Shown in pieces: positions 44,574 through 56,642 of a stretch of 64,000 nucleotides of DNA; positions within the stretch are counted from its first letter, which is position 1, and every line of letters starts with the position of its first letter. The notes under the pieces are model-generated. The model worked only from the letters and a program-made list of their open reading frames with translations, was not told the DNA's origin and made no database searches. Source of the DNA: Oligoflexales bacterium. GTDB taxonomy: Bacteria > Bdellovibrionota_B > Oligoflexia > Oligoflexales > CAIYRB01. The position numbers were made by a program, and so were the translations under genes. The stretch is taken from the NCBI GenBank assembly GCA_041736175.1, contig JBGSUI010000059.1:32001-96000 (forward strand). The letters run 5' to 3'.

Positions 44574-44740
44574 TTGATTTTATTTAATGAAATTAGCATG
44601 TTATGTGCATTTCTGGCTTAAAGCTAATATTATCGGTGAGTTATTGGATTATGCAGATAAGCCAGTCGAGAAGTTAGACATGTAAACATTAGCAAAAAAG
44701 ATAAACTCTTTAACATACTGATATTATTATAAATAGGAGA

Positions 44741-44756
44741 TGTTCCACGTGGAACC
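44741..44756. promoter_or_regulatory. parS site 5
   Basis: TGTTCCACGTGGAACC, one mismatch; 100 bp upstream of parA. Confidence 0.85.
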
Positions 44757-44782
44757 AAAATTTAGTGAGTTGTTCTGGAGAG

Positions 44783-44811
44783 TTGTCCGAAGTCCCAAAG
44801 AAATGTATAAC
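44783..44811 (+). promoter_or_regulatory. Putative sigma70 promoter of parAB
   Basis: TTGTCC-N17-TATAAC; AGGAGG precedes the TTG start at 44856. Confidence 0.55.
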
Positions 44812-44855
44812 GCTGTCAATTGATCTGATGGATTCTACCCGTTAGGAGGTCTTAC

Positions 44856-45671
44856 TTGGCTAAAATAATCGCAGTTTCAAATCAGAAAGGGGGAGTCGGC
44901 AAAACAACGAGTGCGATTAATATTGCATCATGTATTGCCGTATCTGAAAAAAGAGTACTGTTGGTTGATTTGGATCCCCAAGCGAATGCAACCAGTGGAT
45001 TGGGTTTTGTGAGAGGGGATTTTGATAAGAGCATCTATGAAGTCTTAGTGGATGATGAGCCTATAGAAAATGTCATTCAGCGTACTGAATTGCCATGTCT
45101 TAACTTGCTTCCTTCGACCCAGGATCTAGTAGGCGCAGAGGTGGAGTTGGTGTCTGCTTTAGGTCGAGAATCAAGACTTCAAGAAGCCCTCAAAAAAGTA
45201 GAATCGATCTATGATTATGTCATTATTGATTGTCCGCCAGCGCTCGGAATTTTAACGGTCAATGCTTTAACCGCTGCTCACTCTGTTCTGATTCCAGTGC
45301 AATGTGAATACTATGCAATGGAAGGTCTCTCTCAACTATTAAAAACAATCAGTCTTATAAAAAAGCGGCTCAATCAAGCCCTTGAAAGAGAGGGTATTTT
45401 ATTAACAATGTATGACAAACGGAATAATCTTTCCCATCAGATTGAGTCAGAAATCCGAAAGCACTTTGGAGAAGAGGTTTTTTCATGCGTCATCCCCAGA
45501 AATATAAAGCTTACGGAAGCACCGTCACACGGCAAACCGATCGTATTATATGATATAGGCTGTCCCGGAGCCCTAGCGTATATGCAGTTGACTAGTCATC
45601 TTTTGGCTAAACATAGTAACCAAGAGGTTTATTCACAGACTGATCACAGTCAGACTCGGCCACAACTTTAA
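44856..45671 (+). CDS. parA: Chromosome partitioning ATPase ParA/Soj
   Basis: NQKGGVGKTT, DLDPQANAT, IDCPPALG, PVQCEYYAMEG, EAPSHGKP. Confidence 0.96.
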   Translation: MAKIIAVSNQKGGVGKTTSAINIASCIAVSEKRVLLVDLDPQANATSGLGFVRGDFDKSIYEVLVDDEPIENVIQRTELPCLNLLPSTQDLVGAEVELVSALGRESRLQEALKKVESIYDYVIIDCPPALGILTVNALTAAHSVLIPVQCEYYAMEGLSQLLKTISLIKKRLNQALEREGILLTMYDKRNNLSHQIESEIRKHFGEEVFSCVIPRNIKLTEAPSHGKPIVLYDIGCPGALAYMQLTSHLLAKHSNQEVYSQTDHSQTRPQL

Positions 45672-45702
45672 CGTCGCTTATTTTTTATAAGGTCCTTAAA
45701 AC

Positions 45703-46626
45703 ATGGTTCAAAATTTAGATAAATCAGTCCCAAGAAAAGGTGGCCTAGGCAAAGGAATCTCGTCTCTCCTAGGCGACGAGGCTGCCACCGACCACCCCGC
45801 AGTCCTAACACCAAGTATGGAAGTAAGTGCTACGCAGTCCATGATCCTTGATTTACCAATAGAGCTCATCGTTGCAAATCCGAGGCAACCACGAAAATAT
45901 TTCGATGAAGCTCAGCTCACAGAGCTTTCAGAAAGCATTGGAAAGGATGGGATCATCCAACCCATTATTGTATCTCCCCACTCTCAAAAGGGTATTTATA
46001 TTATCGTGGCTGGAGAGCGACGTTGGAGAGCAGCAAAATTGGCTGGAATTCCTAAGATCCCGGTCTTGGTCAAGGAAACTGCTGAAAAAGATCTCTTGCG
46101 CGTAGCCTTAATAGAAAACATCCAAAGACAAGACCTTAATATCATTGAGGAAGCAGAGGCTTACCAGCTCCTTATACAAGAGCAGTCGCTCACCCACGAC
46201 CAATGTGCAGAGATGGTTGGCAAGGATCGAGCTTCTATAAGCAACACGATTCGCCTGTTGTCTTTACCCAGGGAGATCCAAGACGATGTTTCCAATGGGC
46301 GTATGACCATGGGGCATGGCAAGGCTATTCTTGGACTTGAGAACCAAAAACTTATGTTACGTTGTCGCGAAATGATCCTGAAACGTCAGCTTAACGTAAG
46401 GCAGACCGAACAGCTTGTACAGAATCTAAAAAATCCCAAAAAAAAGCAAGAGCCCGGCAGCCTCCAGGACGCTGACTTAAACTATCTTGCAGAAATGCTC
46501 CGTTCTTATTTTCAGACAAAGATAAAGATTTCAGGGAAATCATCAAAAGGGAAAATTGAGATTTCTTATTTCTCGGCATCCGAACTTGAAAGGCTGCTCA
46601 AACTGATGGGACAACCCTTAGGCTAA
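45703..46626 (+). CDS. parB: Chromosome partitioning CTPase ParB/Spo0J
   Basis: GLGKGISSLL, QPRKYF, VAGERRWRAA, ALIENIQRQDLN, HTH GKDRASISNTIRLL. Confidence 0.96.
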   Translation: MVQNLDKSVPRKGGLGKGISSLLGDEAATDHPAVLTPSMEVSATQSMILDLPIELIVANPRQPRKYFDEAQLTELSESIGKDGIIQPIIVSPHSQKGIYIIVAGERRWRAAKLAGIPKIPVLVKETAEKDLLRVALIENIQRQDLNIIEEAEAYQLLIQEQSLTHDQCAEMVGKDRASISNTIRLLSLPREIQDDVSNGRMTMGHGKAILGLENQKLMLRCREMILKRQLNVRQTEQLVQNLKNPKKKQEPGSLQDADLNYLAEMLRSYFQTKIKISGKSSKGKIEISYFSASELERLLKLMGQPLG

Positions 46627-46762
46627 CAAGGTCACAAGTTTTTGAGTAGATATTTAGAATCAGGCTTGTTTGCTTTTAAAAAGTACGTTATTCGTTCAGC
46701 CCCAGAGATTGTCGTCGTTTTTCTTAGGGCCATGGACATTTTCTTAGCATGGTGGGTTATAG

Positions 46763-47203
46763 ATGGCAGCAGAACTAGATTTGATCCCAAAGTTACCAGT
46801 TTTAGCAGTACAAACGGGCATTTTTTTAGCCAATCTGGCTATTATTAAAAAGCTTTTTGTGGCCCCTTACCTTAAGGTGAGAGCCGAGCGGGAGACGGCG
46901 ACCCAAGGTAGCCGAGAGGAAGCTATCAAACTTCAAGCTGAAGCCAAAGAGATTGAAGAGGAGTTGCAACGACGGATGTCCGAAGGTCTCAAGCAGATCC
47001 GAGACCAGAGAGAAACTATTCGTAAGGAAGCGATGGTCATGCGCCAGTCTCTAATCGAGCAAGCTGTCAAAGAAGCAAATTCTTGGACTGATGGTGCCGA
47101 AAAAGAACTGAGCCAAGTTCTTCAGCGAGAAAAAGCAAAAATTCCGGCAGTTGTTGCTGGGCTAAAGGAAGAGATCTATAGGCTTACCTTAAGCGCGTCG
47201 TGA
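46763..47203 (+). CDS. ATP synthase Fo subunit b'
   Basis: N-terminal TM plus long coiled coil; first of two b-type genes. Confidence 0.8.
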   Translation: MAAELDLIPKLPVLAVQTGIFLANLAIIKKLFVAPYLKVRAERETATQGSREEAIKLQAEAKEIEEELQRRMSEGLKQIRDQRETIRKEAMVMRQSLIEQAVKEANSWTDGAEKELSQVLQREKAKIPAVVAGLKEEIYRLTLSAS

Positions 47204-47247
47204 GATGATCTAGCGAAAATGACTACCAAGAAAAAAGGAAGACAGAT

Positions 47248-47748
47248 ATGGAGCATGTGGATGTGACCTTGGGAGTGATTATACCCTACGTCAATTTTTT
47301 TACCTTTTTAGTAGCCGCCTTCATTCTCTTTAAAAAGCCAGTGACAGAAGCAGCCAAAAAGGCACTCGCTTCATTTGACAAATTTTCCTTGGATGCTAAA
47401 GAGGAAAAAAGCACTGCTGAGACCAGATTAAGGCTGTTAAAGGAGAGGTTTTCTACCATTGATCAAGAGATCGCAGCCATGCGAAAGGTGGCTGAAGAAA
47501 CCTCAAAGGTCGAAGAAAAGGACATAGTTGCCGAAGGTAAGCGACTTGCTGACCATATTCGGGAGGAGTCGCAACGAGTTTTTGAGGCTGAGGTTGAAAA
47601 AGCGCGACAAGCTATGAGCCAAGAAATCTTGGCGATTGTAAAAGGTGAAGTGGCCCAAAAAATTAGGCAAGAAGTCACAGTAGCAGACCAACATGGGATT
47701 ATAAGCAGCCAGTTGAACCACCTCAAGGCTGTTCAAGCCATATCCTAA
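47248..47748 (+). CDS. atpF: ATP synthase Fo subunit b
   Basis: N-terminal TM (VNFFTFLV...KKPV) plus coiled coil; precedes atpH. Confidence 0.82.
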   Translation: MEHVDVTLGVIIPYVNFFTFLVAAFILFKKPVTEAAKKALASFDKFSLDAKEEKSTAETRLRLLKERFSTIDQEIAAMRKVAEETSKVEEKDIVAEGKRLADHIREESQRVFEAEVEKARQAMSQEILAIVKGEVAQKIRQEVTVADQHGIISSQLNHLKAVQAIS

Positions 47749-47761
47749 AAGGGAGCGAATC

Positions 47762-48319
47762 ATGTCTCGAGTCGCAAGAAGGTACGCCAAAGCTCTCTTT
47801 AAATTGGCAGAGGGCAATCTCAAGGAAGCACGCCAGACACTTTCAAGTCTAGAAGTCCTAGAAGACCTTTTTGAAATCAAAGATTCAGCAAAAATTCTCA
47901 ATAGTCCCGTGATGCCATCGGGTTTGAAGCGAGACATTTTGGATTATGGTCTCAAGGTGGGCCAGGCTGGTGCTAATGTAATCCAGATCGTTGACTATAT
48001 TGTGGGGACTCGGCGAGAGTCCATCATTCCTAAGCTTGTGACAGCCTTTCGAGACCTTATCGATTCATCAGAGGGAATAGCTAGAGGTCAAGTGACTTCC
48101 ACGGTTCCTCTGAGTCAACCAGAAAAAGACCTCCTGGTGGCGGAGCTTAAACATCTTCTCCATAAGGACGTTATTTTAAAAGAGATGATAGATCCAAATC
48201 TTCTAGGAGGGATGGTAGCCCAAGTGGGCCATTTTCTAATTGATATGAGTCTTAAGACAAAACTCGAGGGTATTGGGCAGCATGTGATCCAAAACCAGAT
48301 TGAAAAAGCCAGCCATTAA
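47762..48319 (+). CDS. atpH: ATP synthase F1 subunit delta
   Basis: VARRYAKALF, IDPNLLGG, IDMSLKTKL. Confidence 0.92.
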   Translation: MSRVARRYAKALFKLAEGNLKEARQTLSSLEVLEDLFEIKDSAKILNSPVMPSGLKRDILDYGLKVGQAGANVIQIVDYIVGTRRESIIPKLVTAFRDLIDSSEGIARGQVTSTVPLSQPEKDLLVAELKHLLHKDVILKEMIDPNLLGGMVAQVGHFLIDMSLKTKLEGIGQHVIQNQIEKASH

Positions 48320-48365
48320 AAAGCATTCGTTATTTGCTCAAATGTAGTGATGAGGAGGACCCGAT

Positions 48366-49880
48366 TTGATGAACACAGACAAGATTCGAGTTGACGAGAT
48401 TAGCAAGATTATAAGTGAGCGGATTAAGCACTACGGTAAATCACTAGAACTCCAGGAAACTGGAACGGTCCTCTCCGTGGGTGATGGTATCGCCAGAATC
48501 TATGGGCTCGAAGGAGCCATGGCTGGAGAGATGGTTGAATTTCAAAATGGTGTTAAAGGCGTGATTCTCAATCTAGAGGAGGATAACGTCGGTGTCGCTA
48601 TTTTTGGTGAGGTGAAAGGAATCGAAGAAGGCCATTCTGTCAAAAGGCTGAAAGAGATCAATTCGGTCCCTGTGGGAGAGGCTCTTCTGGGTCGAGTTGT
48701 GAATGCTCTAGGCGAACCGATCGATGGACAAGGGCCTTTAAAGGGTGTTGAAAGAGGAGTCGTTGAGGTTAAAGCGCCAGGGATTATTGCTAGAAAGGGT
48801 GTTCATGAACCCCTTCAGACAGGAATCAAAGCAATTGATGCCATGATTCCAATCGGACGTGGTCAAAGAGAGCTGATCATTGGCGACCGTCAAACCGGCA
48901 AGACCACTCTTTGTGTGGATACGATTATAAACCAAAAAGGCAAAGATGTTATCTGCATCTATGTAGCCATCGGCCAAAAAGCATCTACAGTAGCCCAGGT
49001 GGTAGACAAGTTAAAACGATATGGAGGTATGGAGTATACCATCGTCGTGGCAGCAACGGCGATGGATCCAGCTCCGATGCAGTTTATTGCTCCTTATACT
49101 GGTTGTCGTATGGCGGAGTTTTTTCTACATAAAGGTAAACACGTCGTTATTTTTTACGATGACTTGTCCAAGCAAGCAGCCGCATATCGGGAACTCTCCC
49201 TGCTGTTGCGGAGGCCACCAGGTCGTGAGGCTTATCCCGGCGATATTTTCTATCTTCATAGTCGGCTTCTGGAAAGGGCTTGTAAGCTAAACGATAAGGA
49301 AGGAGCAGGCTCTATAACCGCTCTTCCCGTAGTAGAGACCCAAGCTGGAGATATTTCGGCCTATATTCCAACAAACGTGATCTCGATTACTGACGGACAG
49401 ATCTTTCTTGAGTCGGATTTGTTTTTTTCAGGGGTTAGACCAGCAGTGAATGCCGGTTTGTCCGTATCTCGGGTGGGGGGCGCAGCCCAGGTCGCCGCTA
49501 TGCGAAAAGTAGCCGGGACTTTGCGATTAGAGAGTGCCCAGTATCGAGAATTGGCAGCTTTTTCCCAATTCGGGTCCGATCTAGATAACGCTACTCAAAA
49601 GACATTAAAGAGGGGCGAGCGGATTGTAGAGGTGTTAAAGCAAGGGCAAAACGAGCCGCTCCATGTAGGTTTGCAAGTAGCATCAATCTACGCTGTGACA
49701 AAAGGATTTGTAGATCAAAAGGAAGTCTCTCGGGTTAAGGAATGGGAGAAAGGTCTCCACGATCATTTGAAAGCTCGATACGGTGCGATCTTAGAAAAAA
49801 TTGAACAAGGGGTAAAACTAGAAGGTGTCGAGGCGGAACTTCGTAAAGCAATTGAAGAATATGACAAGGGATTGAGATAA
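48366..49880 (+). CDS. atpA: ATP synthase F1 subunit alpha
   Basis: [27 protein letters not shown]. Confidence 0.98.
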   Translation: MMNTDKIRVDEISKIISERIKHYGKSLELQETGTVLSVGDGIARIYGLEGAMAGEMVEFQNGVKGVILNLEEDNVGVAIFGEVKGIEEGHSVKRLKEINSVPVGEALLGRVVNALGEPIDGQGPLKGVERGVVEVKAPGIIARKGVHEPLQTGIKAIDAMIPIGRGQRELIIGDRQTGKTTLCVDTIINQKGKDVICIYVAIGQKASTVAQVVDKLKRYGGMEYTIVVAATAMDPAPMQFIAPYTGCRMAEFFLHKGKHVVIFYDDLSKQAAAYRELSLLLRRPPGREAYPGDIFYLHSRLLERACKLNDKEGAGSITALPVVETQAGDISAYIPTNVISITDGQIFLESDLFFSGVRPAVNAGLSVSRVGGAAQVAAMRKVAGTLRLESAQYRELAAFSQFGSDLDNATQKTLKRGERIVEVLKQGQNEPLHVGLQVASIYAVTKGFVDQKEVSRVKEWEKGLHDHLKARYGAILEKIEQGVKLEGVEAELRKAIEEYDKGLR

Positions 49881-50749
49881 TGCCAAGTCTAAAAGATATT
49901 CGAAGACGTATCGTTAGTATTAAGAATACCCAAAAAATCACCAGAGCGATGAAGCTTGTCTCAGCTTCTAAGTTTGCAAAGGCAAATGGAGCTATCGTAG
50001 CGGCAAGGCCCTATGCCCACGCTTTTGCTGATCTACAGGGACGTATTTTGGATTTAGCAAAGCAGGGCGTCAGTTCTCCTCTGATTATTGAAAAAGAAGA
50101 AAAATCGATTCTCATGGTCACCCTATCGACAGATCGGGGCTTTTGTGGGTCCCTTAATTCCAATCTATTTAAACTGACGTCTAACTTTACTCGAAAAAAA
50201 TTAAAAGAGGGGACCAGTGTAAGCTTGGTGCCCTGGGGTAAACGGGCTCGTCTTTTCGGCCAAAAACAAAAACTGACATTGATTAATATCCGTGAGGGCG
50301 TTTTAGACAAACCCAGCTACCAGAAGGCCAAAGACCTAGCAGAGGAGTTAGTAGGGATTTTTTTAAGGGGTGACTACGACCGAATCTATATCTCATTTGT
50401 AGAATTTAAATCCGCGTTAACCCATCAACCTAAGATTCTTCAAGTCTTGCCGTATACAATGGGTGAAAGCCCACAAGAGGAAAGCTTGCTTGGTAAAAAT
50501 CTTATTATTGAGCCAAAGATAAATGAGATTCTAGAAGGTTTGTTGAAGCGAAGCATTATAACGATGATCTATAGGGTTTTGTTAGAGGGATCAGCCTCAG
50601 AGCATGGTGCTCGGATGACAGCGATGGATTCAGCAACAAACAACGCATCGGAAGTACTGCGAAAGATGAATGTCCAGTATGCACGAGCCCGCCAAGCAGC
50701 GATCACCAAAGAACTTATAGAAATCACCAGTGGTGCAGAAGCACTTTAA
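49880..50749 (+). CDS. atpG: ATP synthase F1 subunit gamma
   Basis: KITRAMKLVS, ASEHGARMTAM, ARQAAITKELIEI. Confidence 0.97.
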   Translation: MPSLKDIRRRIVSIKNTQKITRAMKLVSASKFAKANGAIVAARPYAHAFADLQGRILDLAKQGVSSPLIIEKEEKSILMVTLSTDRGFCGSLNSNLFKLTSNFTRKKLKEGTSVSLVPWGKRARLFGQKQKLTLINIREGVLDKPSYQKAKDLAEELVGIFLRGDYDRIYISFVEFKSALTHQPKILQVLPYTMGESPQEESLLGKNLIIEPKINEILEGLLKRSIITMIYRVLLEGSASEHGARMTAMDSATNNASEVLRKMNVQYARARQAAITKELIEITSGAEAL

Positions 50750-50774
50750 ATTTGAAGAGCCTTTTAGGGAATAA

Positions 50775-52196
<1,422 letters not shown>

Positions 52197-52224
52197 TCAT
52201 TATTGTGGTTGAAGGGTTTAACAC

Positions 52225-52626
52225 ATGGCAGAGCTCGAAGTTAGCGTTCTATGTCCCTCAAAAGTAGTGTTAAGAAGTAAGTCAAGTTATTTGAGGGTGC
52301 CAGGTCTTTTGGGACAGTTGGTCATTCTACCTGGACATACTCAGATGGTTAGTGAATTGGGGGTCGGGATATTAGCATTGGATGCCGATGAAAAAGAGGT
52401 TCTTTTTGTATCGGGGGGCTACTTGGACATTCAGTCGGATAAAGTAGTTGTCTTGGCGGATGTGGTTGAAAGGCCACAAGACATCGATGTTGATAGGGCT
52501 AAGAAAGCGGCTGAACGAGCCCAACTCCGCCTAGATAAACCAACGGGAGACCTCAATTTGGGAAGAGCGATGGGAGCCCTAGCACGGGCCACAAAAAGGC
52601 TAGATATAGTCAAGTTTGTTCGATAA
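52225..52626 (+). CDS. atpC: ATP synthase F1 subunit epsilon
   Basis: G..ILPGH, VSGG, DIDVDRA, C-terminal helices. Confidence 0.92.
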   Translation: MAELEVSVLCPSKVVLRSKSSYLRVPGLLGQLVILPGHTQMVSELGVGILALDADEKEVLFVSGGYLDIQSDKVVVLADVVERPQDIDVDRAKKAAERAQLRLDKPTGDLNLGRAMGALARATKRLDIVKFVR

Positions 52627-52657
52627 ATTTTTAGTGGAATTTGTTAAACTATAGAAT

Positions 52658-53806
52658 GTGAACTTACTACAAAAAAATGAATCTAGAGGAGCCTGGGTAG
52701 ACCAGACTCCTCTTGTATTTTGGGATGGTTATGGATTAGGTGGTGGATATTCCGGTGTTTTGACCCATGCAAGCTGTCTTGCCGAGGCTCTTAAAGAAGA
52801 GGGAATTCAACCAGTTATTATTGGTGAAAATAGCTGTCAACGGCATTTTCCAGGGTTAGTTGTCCAAAGCCTTCAAGTAAATCCAGCCCTGCAAAAAATT
52901 GCCAGGATAAAAATGTTTTGGTCTGGATTTGTGGATCAGACATTATCCAGTTTAGTTCAGGAAAAACCCCATATCATTCATGGATTAAGCAATTTCAATA
53001 TACCTTTGCAAGCGCCCTTTTCGAGACAAAAACGCGTCCTCACCATTCATGATGTGATCCCCTTTTTGGATCCTAGTGCCGTTTCCATGAGTTACTATCT
53101 TCAATTTAAGGCCGTGTTAGGTCGCGCAGTTCATGTCGTTGATAGAATTATATGTGTCTCAAACTGGACACTTCAGTGCCTTCTGACCTTTTTTCCCCAT
53201 ATAGAGGATAAGTGCACGATTATCCACAACGGCGTTAATAACAAAAACAAAATGGATTTTGATAAATGTTCAAGCGTTGCCTATGAAGTCTTGTCGATTG
53301 CCAGATATGAGAAATATAAACGTCTAGAAATGCTGATTGAAATCAGTAGAAAAATGCCAAATCACTTTTCGTTAAATTTAGTAACGGATAACAAAGGTAG
53401 GTTGGTATGTGAAAAACTGGGAGCTGACCTTATGGAAAAACACAAGTTGTGTGTCTACGTAGGAATCTCAAATGATCATTTGGAAAATTTGTATCAAAAA
53501 TCTCATGTTTACCTTCATCCGAGTCTCTATGAAGGATTCAATATTCCAGCAGTTGAAGCGTTAATCCACGGTTTGCCTGTGGTCCATTGTAAAGGCATCG
53601 GGACGGAGGAGATTATTGGTCCAGAAGTAGGAGTGAGCCTAGATCCTAAAGAAAAAGTTGGCGCGTGGGTAGATGCAGTCGAAGAAGCGGCGCAAAAGAT
53701 GGCAAAAAGTCAGTGGAAATTGGAACTGATGAGTGCTGTGGAGAAACTTCCGACCTGGCAACAAAACGCCAAAAAGACTAAAGAAATTTATCTTTCTTTA
53801 GTTTAA
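52658..53806 (+). CDS. Glycosyltransferase family 4 protein
   Basis: VLTIHDVIP, IICVSNWT, IHNGV, HPSLYEGFNIPAVEA. Confidence 0.88.
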   Translation: MNLLQKNESRGAWVDQTPLVFWDGYGLGGGYSGVLTHASCLAEALKEEGIQPVIIGENSCQRHFPGLVVQSLQVNPALQKIARIKMFWSGFVDQTLSSLVQEKPHIIHGLSNFNIPLQAPFSRQKRVLTIHDVIPFLDPSAVSMSYYLQFKAVLGRAVHVVDRIICVSNWTLQCLLTFFPHIEDKCTIIHNGVNNKNKMDFDKCSSVAYEVLSIARYEKYKRLEMLIEISRKMPNHFSLNLVTDNKGRLVCEKLGADLMEKHKLCVYVGISNDHLENLYQKSHVYLHPSLYEGFNIPAVEALIHGLPVVHCKGIGTEEIIGPEVGVSLDPKEKVGAWVDAVEEAAQKMAKSQWKLELMSAVEKLPTWQQNAKKTKEIYLSLV

Positions 53807-53815
53807 GGAGAAAAT

Positions 53816-54733
53816 ATGAATAATAGAAATCTAAATATTTTAGTCACCGGATCTTCGGGTTTTATCGGAAAACATCTCATAAAAAGGCTCCGGGGAATGC
53901 CTTTCTCTGTTTTGGCAATGTATCGTACAGAGACCCCGGAGGTATCGAAAAATGTTTTCCCAGTTCAATGTGAGTTTGGAAATTACCAACAACTAAGATC
54001 AGTCATGAGAGATGTCGATGTGGTGGTCCATTTAGCATGGGAATATTTACCAAACGAGGCGACTATATCCCAAGGCTCTGTCCCAGAGTCTAATATCCAA
54101 TCATTAGAAATACTATTAAGGGCCATGGAGAATGTGAAAGCGCGTCGACTTATTTTGGTTAGCGCACTGGGAGCACGAGAAAATGCCTCTGATCCCTTTT
54201 TAAGTAAAAAATACCAATGTGAAGTGGCTGTTATTAACAGCGATATTCCAGAAAAGATTGTTTTGAGACCCGATGTGATCTGGAGTGAAACGAAACAGGA
54301 TCACTTTTTAAGGGCGTTGATTGAAATGATGAAATACCCGGTTTATCCTTTAATCGAGCCAAAAACGACTAAATATCCGCTTAATATAAATGATTTTTTG
54401 GAAATCATCATAAAAGCAGCAACTATGGAGATGAATCATCCGGTGATGATTCTCCCCTGTATCGGCAATGAGGTTTTAACTTATCGAGAAATCCAAAAGA
54501 TGGTTGCAGCTAAAATGGCTCATAAAGTTAGATTTGGTCTAGGAGGCTTTTTAGGGCAACTTCTTTTTGAAATCATTTCAAAAAGGGAGATTTCTAGGGG
54601 ATTTGAATCAATTTCACGTCTGAGATCAACGGCAGCAGATGGACCGTTCGATAGGACGAGGCCTATTTCGAATCAGGACAGTATAGACCAAAAGTTTTAT
54701 ATGAAGGATTTTCTGGGACTCCCCGAGAGATAA
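53816..54733 (+). CDS. NAD(P)-dependent epimerase / atypical SDR (NDUFA9-like)
   Basis: ILVTGSSGFIG, VVVHLA, VSALGA, VLRP. Confidence 0.8.
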   Translation: MNNRNLNILVTGSSGFIGKHLIKRLRGMPFSVLAMYRTETPEVSKNVFPVQCEFGNYQQLRSVMRDVDVVVHLAWEYLPNEATISQGSVPESNIQSLEILLRAMENVKARRLILVSALGARENASDPFLSKKYQCEVAVINSDIPEKIVLRPDVIWSETKQDHFLRALIEMMKYPVYPLIEPKTTKYPLNINDFLEIIIKAATMEMNHPVMILPCIGNEVLTYREIQKMVAAKMAHKVRFGLGGFLGQLLFEIISKREISRGFESISRLRSTAADGPFDRTRPISNQDSIDQKFYMKDFLGLPER

Positions 54734-54785
54734 GCTCAACCTATACGCCCTTAGGGAAGTCCTAGAAATTTGAGTCTTCCAATGA

Positions 54786-56543
54786 CTACTCCAAAATCAA
54801 GTTTGGATTGCCATGGCGAAGAAAAGCAGGGATATCTAAGTCGTCTTGGTTCGACTGCTTTTGAATGGCATTAATCCGATCATTAAATGCCATCACATCA
54901 TCTACCTTGTCGTCAAACTCTCTGAACAAACTGGAATCTTTTGTCCGAAAATTTATGGTGTCGGCGACGATGTTCCCTGATGTGGCCCCTTCTCTTATGG
55001 GAGAGAGTTCTTCAAGCTTGACCTGCTCAGTGCCCTTGGTAACTTCTTGCGAAAGCAAAATGGTATCATCGAGATTAGCTTCAGACATCATATTGTTGAG
55101 TTGGTCGACGAAGGAGTTCATAAAGTCATCACTTGGATTGGAGATGACTGAAGTAGCGCCTTTTTTGGATTCAGCAGCAAATTCGGGAGAATTTTGACTA
55201 ATCGGCTCATACGCGTCTCCCATTTGCTGAGAGGAATCATGCGGATTTTCAGCGGGAGTTTCGAGGTCAAAACTAAAGGCGGAGTCGGCTAATAGGAGGC
55301 TAGGACTGGCGCTATGGTCGAGTGTCCATTGAGCAAGTTCCTGGGTTTCTTGGTAGTTGCGTAAAGGGGGGGAGGCCTCTTGGGTAGAAGTGAGGAGGGT
55401 CTCAAGGACCGGATCTTTTTTAGGTTCAGGGCATAGGGGGATTTCATTACTGAGGTTATGATGGTTAGTCGGTGCCAACTTTAGCATCTTGTCGTCGGAG
55501 TCTTTTTGCGTGGGGCTTTTTTGGGAGGAGACTCTTTGGACGGAGTCTTTTCCATATAAGGGTCTTTCTAGGTCATCATCCTTATCTGCTGGGAATCCAG
55601 TAGCAATCACTGTAACGCGCATTTCATCGCCTAAAGACTCATCGATGACGGCACCAAAAATGATATTTGCGTCCTCATGGGCAGCCTCCTGGACGATTTC
55701 ACAGGCAGACCGAATCTCATTTAGTTTAACCATGGTACCAGCAGTAATATTTATAAGAATACCCGTTGCTCCTTCGATGTCGATATCTTCTAAAAGAGGC
55801 GAGCAAATGGCCATACGAGCAGCTTCGGAGGCCCTTTGTGGCCCTTTTGCACGTCCTATTCCCATTAGCGCTTGACCCATGCTCGACATAACTGTTTTAA
55901 CATCAGCAAAATCCACATTGATAGTCCCGGGGATATTGATAATATCGCTGATACCTCTAACAGCATTGACCAAAACAGCATCAGCCATCTTAAAGGCTTC
56001 GATCATACTAAGGTCATCGTTACCAATAAGAAGAAGTCGCTGGTTTGGGATGGTGATCAAAGTATCTACCGACTCTCTGAGGCGCTTGATTCCTTCTTCC
56101 GCATGACGTCTACGTCTCTTCCCCTCAAAGTTAAAAGGCTTAGTGACCACGGCTACCGTCAGTGCCCCTTGTTCCCTAGCTATTTGCGCGACAATCGAAG
56201 CAGCACCCGTACCAGTACCACCGCCCATTCCAGCAGTGATAAAGACCATATCAGCACCCATAATGGCCTTAGAAAGCTCTTCACGGTCTTCTATAGCCGC
56301 TTCTCGACCGACGTCTGGATCAGCTCCAGCACCTAGTCCGCGGGTGAGTTCTTTTCCAATTTGGATCTTTTTTTCGGCTAGAGAAAAGCGTAATGCCTGA
56401 ATATCAGTATTACAGGTGATGAAGTCGACTCCCTCTAGGGATGACTTGATCATCGTGTTGACGGCATTGCCACCTCCTCCACCAACGCCTATTACTTTAA
56501 TGCGGGCTCCAGGAGGCACGATGTTGATATCGTCCAAAGTCAT
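54786..56543 (-). CDS. ftsZ: Cell division protein FtsZ with long C-terminal linker
   Basis: [35 protein letters not shown]-terminal core [10 protein letters not shown]. Confidence 0.97.
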   Translation of the reverse strand: MTLDDINIVPPGARIKVIGVGGGGGNAVNTMIKSSLEGVDFITCNTDIQALRFSLAEKKIQIGKELTRGLGAGADPDVGREAAIEDREELSKAIMGADMVFITAGMGGGTGTGAASIVAQIAREQGALTVAVVTKPFNFEGKRRRRHAEEGIKRLRESVDTLITIPNQRLLLIGNDDLSMIEAFKMADAVLVNAVRGISDIINIPGTINVDFADVKTVMSSMGQALMGIGRAKGPQRASEAARMAICSPLLEDIDIEGATGILINITAGTMVKLNEIRSACEIVQEAAHEDANIIFGAVIDESLGDEMRVTVIATGFPADKDDDLERPLYGKDSVQRVSSQKSPTQKDSDDKMLKLAPTNHHNLSNEIPLCPEPKKDPVLETLLTSTQEASPPLRNYQETQELAQWTLDHSASPSLLLADSAFSFDLETPAENPHDSSQQMGDAYEPISQNSPEFAAESKKGATSVISNPSDDFMNSFVDQLNNMMSEANLDDTILLSQEVTKGTEQVKLEELSPIREGATSGNIVADTINFRTKDSSLFREFDDKVDDVMAFNDRINAIQKQSNQDDLDIPAFLRHGNPNLILE

Positions 56544-56590
56544 AGGCGATACTCCCTTAATTATTTTGTAAACATTACTTGATTAGATAA

Positions 56591-56620
56591 ATTATAGGGA
56601 CAGACTTCGAATGGTGTCAA
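56591..56620 (-). promoter_or_regulatory. Consensus sigma70 promoter of ftsZ
   Basis: Minus strand TTGACA-N18-TATAAT between ftsA and ftsZ. Confidence 0.75.
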
Positions 56621-56642
56621 ATAACTCTCGTTAGAGTGTAGA

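Noticed and set aside
44186..44756. Regularly spaced palindromic repeats resembling a CRISPR array
   Set aside because: Intervals of 175-189 bp are far too long for spacers, no cas genes are present, the core matches the parS consensus, and parAB is adjacent.
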